Positions 9,000-16,939 of a stretch of 24,076 nucleotides of DNA are shown in pieces. The notes under the pieces were generated by a model. The model was given only the letters and a program-made list of their open reading frames with translations. It was not told the DNA's origin and did not search any database. This DNA is from a virus (Duplodnaviria; Caudoviricetes), in IMG/VR virus record IMGVR_UViG_3300032295_001488, positions 1 through 24,076 of that record. One strand, given 5' to 3'. The translations under genes and the position numbers were made by a program. The stretch's first letter is position 1; the number at the start of each line of letters is the position of its first letter.

Positions 9000-10379
9000 A
9001 TGGATCTGACCATTTCAGAAGCACTTCAGAAGAAGTGGAAGCCCATCTTGGAGCACCCTGAACTCCCTGAGATCAAGGACTCTTACAAGAAGGCCGTCAC
9101 AACCATGCTGCTCGAAAATCAAGAGCAGCACCTCAAGGAGTCGGCACCGACTAACTTCTCATCGAACCTCGACGGCCCGTCGAATTCGAATGTGAGCCGT
9201 TGGGATCCGATCCTCATCTCGCTCGTTCGTCGTGCAATGCCGAACCTGATCGCCTATGACATCTGCGGCGTTCAGCCGATGAGCGGTCCTACGGGACTTA
9301 TCTTCGCAATGCGTAGCCGCTACATCAATCAGACTGGCCCTGAGGCTCTGTATCAGGAAGCCGATGCTGGCTTCGGTGGCTCGGGTTCGACGGGTACGAC
9401 CGCCAACGGCGTGTACGACACCTCGACCTTCGGTGCCAACTCGACGGGTGTTGATCCGTTTGAGACTTCAAACGGCCCGACCATTCCTGGTGCGGGTCGC
9501 ACGACCAACGCCAACGGTGGCTACGGTTACAGCACTCTCTCGGGTGAAGCCCTCGGTGACTCGGTCAACAATCCGTTCCCGCAGATGGCATTCAGCATTG
9601 AGAAGACCACGGTCGAAGCAAAGACCCGTGCTCTGAAGGCTGAGTACACGATGGAACTCGCTCAGGATCTCAAGGCAATCCACGGCCTCGACGCAGAGAC
9701 CGAACTCGCCAACATCCTGTCGAGCGAAATCCTCGCTGAGATCAACCGTGAGGTTGTTCGTACCCTGTACCAGACCGCCAAGTTGGGTGCCCGTGCAGGA
9801 ACGACTCAGACCGCTGGTGTGTTCGACCTCAATGTCGATTCGAACGGTCGTTGGTCGGTCGAGAAGTTCAAGGGTCTGCTCTACCAGATCGAGCGTGAGT
9901 GCAATCAGATCGCTAAGGAAACCCGCCGTGGCAAGGGCAACTTCGTCCTCTGCTCCGCTGATGTCGCCTCGGCTCTCAGCATGGCAGGCATCCTCGACTA
10001 CGCCCCTGCTCTCTCCACGAACCTCAATGTCGATGACACGGGCAACACCTTTGCGGGTGTCCTCAACGGTCGCCTCCGTGTGTACATCGATCCGTATGCT
10101 TCGATGACCACTTCGCACGACTTCTTCATGGTCGGCTATAAGGGTTCGTCTGCATACGATGCGGGTATGTTCTACTGCCCGTATGTTCCGCTGCAAATGG
10201 TTCGTGCAGTCGGTGAGCAGTCGTTCCAGCCGAAGATCGGCTTCAAGACCCGTTACGGTCTTGTCAACAACCCGTTTGCCACCATCGCTGGTGGTGCATC
10301 GGTCACCGATCCGACCGCAGCGGCTGCAAAGCGTGCTAACTGCTACTACCGCATCGTGAAGGTCACAAACCTCTTCTGA
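9000..10379 (+). CDS. gp23: Major capsid protein
   Basis: Motifs DPILISLVRRAMPNLIAYDICGVQPMSGPTGLIFAMRSRY, KAEYTMELAQDLKAIHGLDAETEL and FQPKIGFKTRYG. Confidence 0.98.
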   Translation: MDLTISEALQKKWKPILEHPELPEIKDSYKKAVTTMLLENQEQHLKESAPTNFSSNLDGPSNSNVSRWDPILISLVRRAMPNLIAYDICGVQPMSGPTGLIFAMRSRYINQTGPEALYQEADAGFGGSGSTGTTANGVYDTSTFGANSTGVDPFETSNGPTIPGAGRTTNANGGYGYSTLSGEALGDSVNNPFPQMAFSIEKTTVEAKTRALKAEYTMELAQDLKAIHGLDAETELANILSSEILAEINREVVRTLYQTAKLGARAGTTQTAGVFDLNVDSNGRWSVEKFKGLLYQIERECNQIAKETRRGKGNFVLCSADVASALSMAGILDYAPALSTNLNVDDTGNTFAGVLNGRLRVYIDPYASMTTSHDFFMVGYKGSSAYDAGMFYCPYVPLQMVRAVGEQSFQPKIGFKTRYGLVNNPFATIAGGASVTDPTAAAAKRANCYYRIVKVTNLF

Positions 10380-10420
10380 TCGGTAACAAGGCAATCCCTT
10401 AATCAGGGAATTTCGCTACG

Positions 10421-10452
10421 GGGTCGAGTGGAGAAATCCACTCGACCCTTTT
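10421..10452 (+). terminator. Intrinsic terminator after gp23
   Basis: Perfect 12-bp stem GGGTCGAGTGGA-GAAA-TCCACTCGACCC followed by TTTT. Confidence 0.9.
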
Positions 10453-10464
10453 CATTTGGACTCT

Positions 10465-10472
10465 TCTAAATA
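10465..10472 (+). promoter_or_regulatory. Late promoter (TCTAAATA), probably giving a leaderless mRNA
   Basis: Only 6 nt separate the motif from ATG 10479. Confidence 0.7.
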
Positions 10473-10478
10473 CTAGAG

Positions 10479-11027
10479 ATGTATAGACCTATCGACATAC
10501 CGAAGGACAGAGTCGCAGGGATCTTCAACGAGATCCCCGCCGATACGAATGTCGCATACGCATCGAACTATCGGCTCTTCATCCCAAAGGTGAGGCTAGG
10601 TGTTTACTTCTGCACGGAAGTGACATTTCCTGGATGGGAATGTCCTCCTGTTCGTCTTCCCGTTCCTTTTGCTCCGTCTCTTAAGTTTTGGGGAAACAAA
10701 GTGTCGCACGGAGAGATGTCCCTCAAGTTCATCGTGAACGAGGACTACTCCAACTACAACCAAATGAGCGATTGGTTCAAGAACAGTCTTGTGTGGGAGG
10801 ACTTCTTCAAGACAGGAAACGACTTGCAGTTGTTGAGCAACACAGGTCATCTCCTGATTCTTTCGGGCAAGAGTAATCCAATCGCCAAGTTCAAGATTGA
10901 TGGTCTGATGATCACGGGGCTTTCATCAATCGAATACAACAGCGCATTGACAGATGCTACAGCGACCACGGCGACCGCAACTTTGCAGTTCTCCACATAC
11001 GAACTAGAGGAGATCGTTGATGGCTGA
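10479..11027 (+). CDS. gp3-like tail completion/sheath stabilizer, copy 1
   Basis: NYRLFIPKVRLGVYFCTEVTFPG, LKFIVNEDYSNYNQMSDW and ATATLQFSTYEL match the gp3 pattern; follows gp23 as in T4-like cyanophages. Confidence 0.75.
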   Translation: MYRPIDIPKDRVAGIFNEIPADTNVAYASNYRLFIPKVRLGVYFCTEVTFPGWECPPVRLPVPFAPSLKFWGNKVSHGEMSLKFIVNEDYSNYNQMSDWFKNSLVWEDFFKTGNDLQLLSNTGHLLILSGKSNPIAKFKIDGLMITGLSSIEYNSALTDATATTATATLQFSTYELEEIVDG

Positions 11028-11556
11028 ACCACTTCCAAAGATAGAGCCGTTGGAGAAGTTTGGAATCATCGGAAATCAGGCGAACACGAATTTTGCCCTG
11101 AACACCAACTTCCGATTCATTCTTAAGAAGATTCCATACTGCACATACTTCTGCACATCGATCACCTCTCCATCATCGAACGCCGATCCTCTGATCTATG
11201 ACTACATCACGGCGGCACCGCTGAAACTTCCAGGTGGCAGGACGAACACGGATGTGAGCATCCGTTTCATCATTTCTGATGACTTCAAGAACTACATGGA
11301 GATGGTGAGGTGGTTTCGGTCGAGCACGGCGTACAGGGACTTCGAAGGCATAAAGCCCGAAGACTTGGTCGGTCCGTCAGATGCCCAAATGCTGCTCTTG
11401 AACAACAAAAAGAAACCGATCTACATGATCAACTATCGGAACATGATCCCCACGACCCTGTCAGGATTCAGCCTCAGCAGCAGCGAGGCAGAGCCGACCG
11501 TATTGACCGCCACGGTGCAGTTCGTCTACGACACCTACACAGTCACCAAACTCTAA
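11020..11556 (+). CDS. gp3-like tail completion/sheath stabilizer, copy 2
   Basis: NFRFILKKIPYCTYFCTSITSP, IRFIISDDFKNYMEMVRW and ATVQFVYDTY; GAGGAG RBS before ATG 11020. Confidence 0.8.
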   Translation: MAEPLPKIEPLEKFGIIGNQANTNFALNTNFRFILKKIPYCTYFCTSITSPSSNADPLIYDYITAAPLKLPGGRTNTDVSIRFIISDDFKNYMEMVRWFRSSTAYRDFEGIKPEDLVGPSDAQMLLLNNKKKPIYMINYRNMIPTTLSGFSLSSSEAEPTVLTATVQFVYDTYTVTKL

Positions 11557-11663
11557 GGGCGGGGCTTACGGGGCTTCTTTGGTGCCCCACGGGATCTCCC
11601 GTCACTCGCCCGAAGAGGGCGACTTGGCTTCGACGGTTTGAGTATTGCTTTCCTTCTCGGCAT
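11553..11663 (-). CDS. 36-aa highly basic, Pro-rich peptide (not in ORF track)
   Basis: MPRRKAILKPSKPSRPLRASDGRSRGAPKKPRKPRP; AAGGGAG RBS 6 nt upstream; fills the gap to the convergent gene. Confidence 0.45.
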   Translation of the reverse strand: MPRRKAILKPSKPSRPLRASDGRSRGAPKKPRKPRP

Positions 11664-11913
11664 TGTCCACTCCCTTTTCTATGTTTTCGAGGGTGCTCAT
11701 GACCTTCATGTTATTTGCAATCAATTGCTTTGCGTTCTTGATCAGATCTGATGGGCAGTTCTCGACAGACTCCAAGTTCCGAACCGTCTTCAGCAGTTGA
11801 ATCGTATTCCTATCGAAGAAGTCCTTCAGGGATGCGATCTTCTCTCGCCTCTCGGTGAAAGATAGGCTGTTGAACCACTTGATCATCTGCGAGGTTTCTG
11901 ACTCATCGTTCAT
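11602..11913 (-). CDS. Hypothetical protein
   Basis: AGGAG RBS; 103 aa, helical; preceded by a late-like motif. Confidence 0.7.
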   Translation of the reverse strand: MNDESETSQMIKWFNSLSFTERREKIASLKDFFDRNTIQLLKTVRNLESVENCPSDLIKNAKQLIANNMKVMSTLENIEKGVDNAEKESNTQTVEAKSPSSGE

Positions 11914-11929
11914 ATTTGACTCCTGCTAG

Positions 11930-11937
11930 TGTTTATG
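11930..11937 (-). promoter_or_regulatory. Late-promoter variant CATAAACA
   Basis: Just upstream of the RBS of the 11602-11913 gene; back to back with the + strand late promoter. Confidence 0.5.
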
Positions 11938-11954
11938 CCTTTGAAGTCAAGGCA

Positions 11955-11962
11955 TCTAAATA
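11955..11962 (+). promoter_or_regulatory. Late promoter (TCTAAATA)
   Basis: 5 nt upstream of ATG 11968, with no room for an RBS. Confidence 0.7.
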
Positions 11963-11967
11963 CGGAT

Positions 11968-12924
11968 ATGAAACCATTCATTACTGCATTCACCACGATT
12001 CTGTTCTGTGTGATGGGATGTGAGACTGTTCCTGATCAGGTCAAGCCCTCCACAGGGGCATCTTCCGCAACGCTGACTTCCGTGATCGACCACACGGAGG
12101 ACTCGGTTAGCGACATCAAGCGAGATGCGGAAACCATAATCCAAGAGACGAATGTGGTTCGTGAGAGCCTAGCCTACAGCACACCACAGCCAAGCCGTGA
12201 TGTGACTCCGTCTCCCTCGGTCAAGCCCTCTGTCATCGACAGGGCAGCGGACTCCCTCAACAAGATCGACAGCAAGGCAACGAACATCATCGAAGCCGCA
12301 GACGATTTGCAGAGGGAAACCGACAAACTGAAGTCGTTGAGCGAGGAAGTCGATCAATTGGAGAAGTCGCTGACCAATCTTGAGGTGATGCTGAGTGAGA
12401 CCAAGGTAAAGGCGATGGAGAAGTTGTACGGTTACATAAGCATGTTTTGGGTGATCGGGTTCATTCTGATCGCTGGTGGAGCAGCCGTTGCATTCTTCCT
12501 GAACAAGACATATGGATCGTCCTTGGCTTTCATCGGTCTGCTCATGATCGGCTTCGCCTCGGCTTCGCAGTACTACATGGAAGAGATTGCTCTGATTGGT
12601 GCGATCCTCTTGGTGGTCGGCTTCTTGTCTGCCATCGGAATGATCGTGTGGTCTACGGTCAACAGCAAGCGGAACGCAACGGCGATCCGTGAGATCGTGG
12701 AGATGATTCAGATCCTCAAAGAGACTATGACCGAAGACGAGCGCAAGCGCATCTTCGGTCAAGGTGGATTGGCTTCACATGTTCAGTCTGAACTGACCAT
12801 GGAGATCATTCGCAAGATCAAGGAGCAGAACGGTTTCGTAAAATTGGAAGAGGCACGGAGATCACTCCGTGCCCCTGAGACCCAACCGACCAACGAATCC
12901 GATACTACTCCATCTCCATCTTGA
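11968..12924 (+). CDS. Lipoprotein with coiled coil and three C-terminal TM helices (spanin-like candidate)
   Basis: Lipoprotein-type signal MKPFITAFTTILFCVMG-C; heptad region (LQRETDKLKSLSEEVDQLEKSLTNLEVML); three hydrophobic segments. Start reassigned from 11929 to 11968. Confidence 0.65.
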   Translation: MKPFITAFTTILFCVMGCETVPDQVKPSTGASSATLTSVIDHTEDSVSDIKRDAETIIQETNVVRESLAYSTPQPSRDVTPSPSVKPSVIDRAADSLNKIDSKATNIIEAADDLQRETDKLKSLSEEVDQLEKSLTNLEVMLSETKVKAMEKLYGYISMFWVIGFILIAGGAAVAFFLNKTYGSSLAFIGLLMIGFASASQYYMEEIALIGAILLVVGFLSAIGMIVWSTVNSKRNATAIREIVEMIQILKETMTEDERKRIFGQGGLASHVQSELTMEIIRKIKEQNGFVKLEEARRSLRAPETQPTNESDTTPSPS

Positions 12925-13147
12925 CGAAGCCCTCGCTCACCGCAGCGTCCCAAATGCCCTTGGCGTACTCCTTGTTGATGGTGGTGATGTAGTCCCAATT
13001 CTGACTACTCACCCCACCCCTGCCCTCAAACACGGCTAGGTAGCCGTCCCAAGGCACGAACCGATACCATCGGTCAGCCTTGTTGAAGAGCAGGGCATCG
13101 GACTTGGTGAAGTTCTTTGGGGTCGGGGTTGTGGGTGTATCAGCCAT
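12905..13147 (-). CDS. Hypothetical early protein
   Basis: 80 aa; own sigma70 promoter; shares a C-terminal motif with the 17856-18275 protein. Confidence 0.7.
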   Translation of the reverse strand: MADTPTTPTPKNFTKSDALLFNKADRWYRFVPWDGYLAVFEGRGGVSSQNWDYITTINKEYAKGIWDAAVSEGFVKMEME

Positions 13148-13155
13148 ACACTAGA

Positions 13156-13184
13156 AGTATACTAGAGAACGGGGTCTTCGTCAA
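13156..13184 (-). promoter_or_regulatory. sigma70-type early promoter TTGACG-N17-TATACT
   Basis: -35 at 13179-13184, -10 at 13156-13161; ATG lies 8 nt downstream. Confidence 0.75.
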
Positions 13185-13479
13185 GCCCACTTTCCGAATC
13201 GGGGGAAGAACCCCCGAAATCGTCCGATAACATCTCCTCGGCTTCCTCCATGCTGTCCACCTTGCGAATGAACATGGGGGTGCCTTCCCCGTGCCATGCC
13301 CCTACGACATTGAACTCCATGTATTCGTATGCTTCGTCAATCTCCATGCCGTCCCGCTTCGCTAGAAGTTGGGCGCATTTGTCGTAGTCGTAGACAAGAA
13401 TCGGCACATTGTTGTCGATGCGATTCCCTACGCCGATGATGCAGTCATCGAATCCGTCAGCCTTCAGGGTGTGTGCCAT
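13162..13479 (-). CDS. Conserved phage hypothetical protein
   Basis: LKADGFDDCIIG...VYDYDK...EAYEYMEFNVVGAWHGEGTPMFI is a pattern I recognise from many aquatic phages; GAGGAG RBS. Confidence 0.8.
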   Translation of the reverse strand: MAHTLKADGFDDCIIGVGNRIDNNVPILVYDYDKCAQLLAKRDGMEIDEAYEYMEFNVVGAWHGEGTPMFIRKVDSMEEAEEMLSDDFGGSSPDSESGLDEDPVL

Positions 13480-13945
13480 CTTTGGTCTCCTCGGGAAGTG
13501 CGTCTCGGACGATTCGGTTGACCGCCTCGTTGATCGTGATGTCGTTGTTGTGTGCGTAGATGGCGAGGAACGAAAGCGTCTTCTCGTCTAAGTCGAGCGT
13601 GACTGAGGTATCGTCGTTCTTGGTGTCGATGCTGTCGAACACCATGGCGTACTCCTCGTACTTCAGGGATTCGACAAGCGAGTACAGAAGATCCTCTGCC
13701 GCCAAGAAGCGTCCGATCATCTTTCCCTGTTCCTTCGGATCGGTTTTCTTCAGGGGCGAATCCGAATCGGATTCGATTGCACCAACGAAGTCCTGATGTG
13801 CGTCAGCCAAGGCTTCCGAAGCGATTCGCACATTCTCAATGATCGTGTTCCATGGAGAATGTGGGATCGGATTCTTTGAGAGTTTCTCAAGTGTGTCTCC
13901 GTACTTCTCGTTGATCTCTTTGATGATGGTCTTCAGGTCTTTCAT
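13457..13945 (-). CDS. Hypothetical protein with a possible C-terminal ribbon-helix-helix domain
   Basis: VTLDLDEKTLSFLAIYAHNNDITINEAVNRIVRDAL has the strand-helix-helix pattern; ATGA-coupled to the upstream gene. Confidence 0.6.
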   Translation of the reverse strand: MKDLKTIIKEINEKYGDTLEKLSKNPIPHSPWNTIIENVRIASEALADAHQDFVGAIESDSDSPLKKTDPKEQGKMIGRFLAAEDLLYSLVESLKYEEYAMVFDSIDTKNDDTSVTLDLDEKTLSFLAIYAHNNDITINEAVNRIVRDALPEETKDGTHPEG

Positions 13946-14295
13946 AGGGTCTCGCAGTACTTCTTCAGGGCAATCTCAGCGTCACGGCGAGTGAGGTATG
14001 CCTTGCTTGGGTTGGTTGATGTCTCGTCCCAAAAGATCCACCCTCCGTGACGGGGGCTGTATTCGATGTGATCTCGCTCTCCCGAAGTCCCCAACTTCAT
14101 GTTCACTTCGTGGAGATACTCCGTGTGGCATCGAATCAATTCGTTTGCCTCGTATTCCGCAGGGAAATGCTTCAGAAGCCGCCGTGCCTCTCTCCGAATC
14201 GCAAGGGGAACCTTGGTCTTCTGAGGATCCATCAGCGACAGCAGGAAGTTCTTGGTGTTGACTAGGGCATGATACTGTTCGTATGGAAGAGTCAT
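13942..14295 (-). CDS. BPSL0761-like family protein
   Basis: MTLPYEQYHAL...FLLSLMDP...VPLAIRREARRLLKHFP resembles that family. Start reassigned to 14295, just after the promoter. Confidence 0.65.
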   Translation of the reverse strand: MTLPYEQYHALVNTKNFLLSLMDPQKTKVPLAIRREARRLLKHFPAEYEANELIRCHTEYLHEVNMKLGTSGERDHIEYSPRHGGWIFWDETSTNPSKAYLTRRDAEIALKKYCETL

Positions 14296-14302
14296 TGGGA
14301 TA

Positions 14303-14330
14303 AGTATAGCCTCCAAGATTTCCCTGTCAA
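14303..14330 (-). promoter_or_regulatory. sigma70-type early promoter TTGACA-N16-TATACT
   Basis: -35 at 14325-14330, -10 at 14303-14308; ATG lies 7 nt downstream (leaderless). Confidence 0.75.
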
Positions 14331-14358
14331 GAACGATCTTTCGCTATCTTTCCGCCAC

Positions 14359-14366
14359 GATAAATA
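14359..14366 (+). promoter_or_regulatory. Late promoter (GATAAATA)
   Basis: Upstream of the GGAG RBS of the 14393 gene. Confidence 0.75.
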
Positions 14367-14392
14367 CACGGTAACACCCCTCGGAGACAAAG

Positions 14393-15811
14393 ATGGCAAA
14401 CTACTATTGGGTTGGTGCTAGCGCATCTGCGGGTATCAGCAGATACGATTACAATACCCCGTCAAATTGGAATACTGTCTATTGGGCTTCCCAAGGAACA
14501 GGTGCAAGTTTCGGTTGGTCTTTCCAACCCGCTACCGCTGCCCCAGGACCTGGTGACAGAATTTTCGTGGGAACATCAAATGTCGGAACGATCCCCACGG
14601 CACTTTCGCCTCTCCTGTTCGGTGGCTACTCAGGAAACTCGGCGTTGGGTGGCTACTCAAATTCGTTGGGTGGTACGGGAACCACGACTACAAGTTCCCT
14701 GAACGCCGCCACGATTGATGTCAGCACGAACAAGTACCCGTTCAACTTCTTCGGCGGCGGTCTCACAGGTGCTGTCTACAGTTGGGCAGTCAACTCGGAT
14801 GGATTGACCACGAACGCATTCGTCGGCGCAACGGGACAGAGAGCAGTCCAACCATTCAAACTTAAGGTTGCACAGAACTACTACATCACGACAAAGTCAT
14901 CGTCCTTGGTCGATATCGTGAATGTGAAGTCCGTCAATGTCGCTGCGGGAACCACATCATCGAACATAGTCACCACAAGCGTGGGAATCTATGGATCTGG
15001 ATATGTAAGATTCAGCGGCGGATCGGTTGCATCGATCAACAACAATGGAAATGGATCGCTCTACCTGTCGGGAATCACTTGCGGTGATTTCTACACGAAT
15101 CCAAGTTCCGTGTATGTCGAGACGGATGCTCGGTTCAGTAATGTCTATGTCGGTGGCGCATACTTGGCTCCGATTTGGTTCGGTGGATCCTTGGACAGCC
15201 AAACCGTCCTCACCGATCTCGGCTTCCAAGGCAGCGTGACAGGTAGCAATGCCGCAGCAAACGACTCAAGCATTGTGATCACCCCCATCAATAATTGGTG
15301 GATCGGTGGTGGTCAGACCACTCAGCCGATCTTCTACTTCGGAACCCCTGGTGTGACTAGCGTAGTCTCCTTCTGCAAGAAGATCGACATCGCATCTTCG
15401 GTCGGCGCATCGGGTGGCCTGTCATCGGGTGGTGCAGCAAACAATGCCAAGTGGAACTTGGTGTTTGCGGGTGGTGCAAGTGCAGCCTCGGTCGAAGCGA
15501 ACGACACCATCGTCAGGGCATATGACTACATCGACCCAACGGTTCTCGTTAGAATCGGAACCTTGGGTATGTCTCGGGACTCGGTGCTGAACTTCGCACA
15601 CGAAGGCCCATTTGACAATTGGTTCTTCGGCTCCGTCACAGGAAACACCATCGTGGGTGGAATCGTATTCCGTGACGAGACTCCGACAATCAAGGGCAGC
15701 GCAGGAGTTCGCTTGTTCAACACGCAAGTTGTCCTCGGCAACAGATTCGATGCTCGTACAGGGAAGACTACAAACACTACACCGACAATAGCAAGCGGCG
15801 ACCCGCTGTAA
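14393..15811 (+). CDS. Gly/Ser/Thr-rich beta-structured protein, probably a virion (fibre/decoration) protein
   Basis: MANYYWVG...SNW N-terminus like beta-helix/adhesin starts; no signal peptide; late promoter; isolated + strand gene. Confidence 0.6.
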   Translation: MANYYWVGASASAGISRYDYNTPSNWNTVYWASQGTGASFGWSFQPATAAPGPGDRIFVGTSNVGTIPTALSPLLFGGYSGNSALGGYSNSLGGTGTTTTSSLNAATIDVSTNKYPFNFFGGGLTGAVYSWAVNSDGLTTNAFVGATGQRAVQPFKLKVAQNYYITTKSSSLVDIVNVKSVNVAAGTTSSNIVTTSVGIYGSGYVRFSGGSVASINNNGNGSLYLSGITCGDFYTNPSSVYVETDARFSNVYVGGAYLAPIWFGGSLDSQTVLTDLGFQGSVTGSNAAANDSSIVITPINNWWIGGGQTTQPIFYFGTPGVTSVVSFCKKIDIASSVGASGGLSSGGAANNAKWNLVFAGGASAASVEANDTIVRAYDYIDPTVLVRIGTLGMSRDSVLNFAHEGPFDNWFFGSVTGNTIVGGIVFRDETPTIKGSAGVRLFNTQVVLGNRFDARTGKTTNTTPTIASGDPL

Positions 15812-15825
15812 AGAAACCAAGTATG

Positions 15826-15864
15826 AAAACGAACAACCCCCGCCGAAGCGGGGGCTGTTCTTTT
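15826..15864 (-). terminator. Intrinsic terminator, possibly bidirectional
   Basis: On the minus strand: GAACAGCCCCCGC-TTCG-GCGGGGGTTGTTC-GTTTT. A T-tract also exists on the + side; the G-U pair favours the minus strand. Confidence 0.85.
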
Positions 15865-15911
15865 GTGACTAGCCTTGGCGAACCTTGGCAAGGGCGAACC
15901 CCTTTCGTCAC
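15826..15911 (-). ncRNA. Putative ~86-nt structured small RNA
   Basis: Consensus-like promoter upstream; GUGAC/GUCAC stem encloses two UUCG hairpins; a UUCG terminator follows; no complete ORF between start site and terminator. Confidence 0.6.
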
Positions 15912-16939
15912 GCATGCACTATACCACCCTGCAACTGTTTTGTCAACGCAGCAAGGTCGCTCTTGTACATAATCTTTGCGAGGAGTCGCATATCAACCTT
16001 GGGCTTCCATCCAAGAATCTTCTTAGCCTTGGAAGGATCCCCAAGCAGGAACGGCACCTCGTTCGGACGGAAGTACTTGGGGTCGATAACCACATGCTTC
16101 TTCCAATCAAGCCCTGCGTCCTCAAAGACGAGTTCTAGGAACTCACGGACGGTGTGGGTCTCCTGCGTGGCTACGACATAATCGTCGCCAACGGGCTGTT
16201 GAAGCATCAACCACATCGCCTCGACATAGTCACCCGCAAATCCCCAATCACGCTTTGCGTCGAGGTTTCCTAGTCGGAGTTCGTGCTGCAATCCCAATTT
16301 GATCCGTGCAGCAGCCATCGTGATCTTGCGAGTCACGAATGTCTCACCTCGGCGTGGGCTTTCGTGATTGAAGAGGATGCCCGACGATGCATGGATGCCG
16401 TATGCGTTTCGATACACACGGGCCATGTGGTGTGCGTGGAGTTTCGCAACGGCATACGGCGAAACGGGCATCATGCGGCTGTTCTCGTTGTAGCCCACCT
16501 CGGGGTCGTAGTCCTTGCTGTCGCCGTACATCTCCGATGAGGACGCTTGATAGAAGCGAGTGTTCGGACTGATGCTGCGGATCGCCTCAAGGATCTTGAG
16601 TGTGCCACCCGCAATACCATCAGATGTGTACTCGGGGATTTCGAAAGAGACCGCAACATGTGACTGCGCTGCCAAGTTGTAGAACTCGTCGGGCTTGTAT
16701 GTTGCGAGGATGTGCGTGATCGCTGCACCGTCGAGCAAGTCGTAGTGATGCAGTTTGAAGAGTTCGTTCTCGTAGAGGTGGTCGATTCGATCAGTATTGA
16801 TTGTCGAGGTTCGACGCTTCAGACCGATGACCTTGTAGCCCTTGGCAACAAGCATATCGGCAAGATAGGAGCCGTCCTGACCATTGACTCCCGTGATGAC
16901 CGCTGTCTTTCCGTTCCACTTATTTGCGAATGCCGTCAT
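15908..16939 (-). CDS. gmd: GDP-mannose 4,6-dehydratase
   Basis: Motifs ITGVNGQDGSYLA, YNLAAQSHV, FYQASSSEMYG, SPYAVAK, FNHESPRRGETFVTRKIT and LGNLDAKRDWG. True start 16939 has an AGGAG RBS. Confidence 0.97.
   Translation of the reverse strand: MTAFANKWNGKTAVITGVNGQDGSYLADMLVAKGYKVIGLKRRTSTINTDRIDHLYENELFKLHHYDLLDGAAITHILATYKPDEFYNLAAQSHVAVSFEIPEYTSDGIAGGTLKILEAIRSISPNTRFYQASSSEMYGDSKDYDPEVGYNENSRMMPVSPYAVAKLHAHHMARVYRNAYGIHASSGILFNHESPRRGETFVTRKITMAAARIKLGLQHELRLGNLDAKRDWGFAGDYVEAMWLMLQQPVGDDYVVATQETHTVREFLELVFEDAGLDWKKHVVIDPKYFRPNEVPFLLGDPSKAKKILGWKPKVDMRLLAKIMYKSDLAALTKQLQGGIVHA
15918..15946 (-). promoter_or_regulatory. sigma70-type promoter TTGACA-N17-TATAGT inside the gmd 3' end
   Basis: -35 at 15941-15946, -10 at 15918-15923. 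Confidence 0.75.

Noticed and set aside
1-11556. Introns, inteins, homing endonucleases or stop-codon reassignment in core genes
   Set aside because: Core genes are uninterrupted and of normal length under the standard bacterial code.
15526-15915. 129-aa minus-strand ORF starting just after the 15918 promoter
   Set aside because: The ATG is only 2 nt from the -10 box (upstream of the expected start site), it crosses a strong terminator, and it runs antisense to a real gene.
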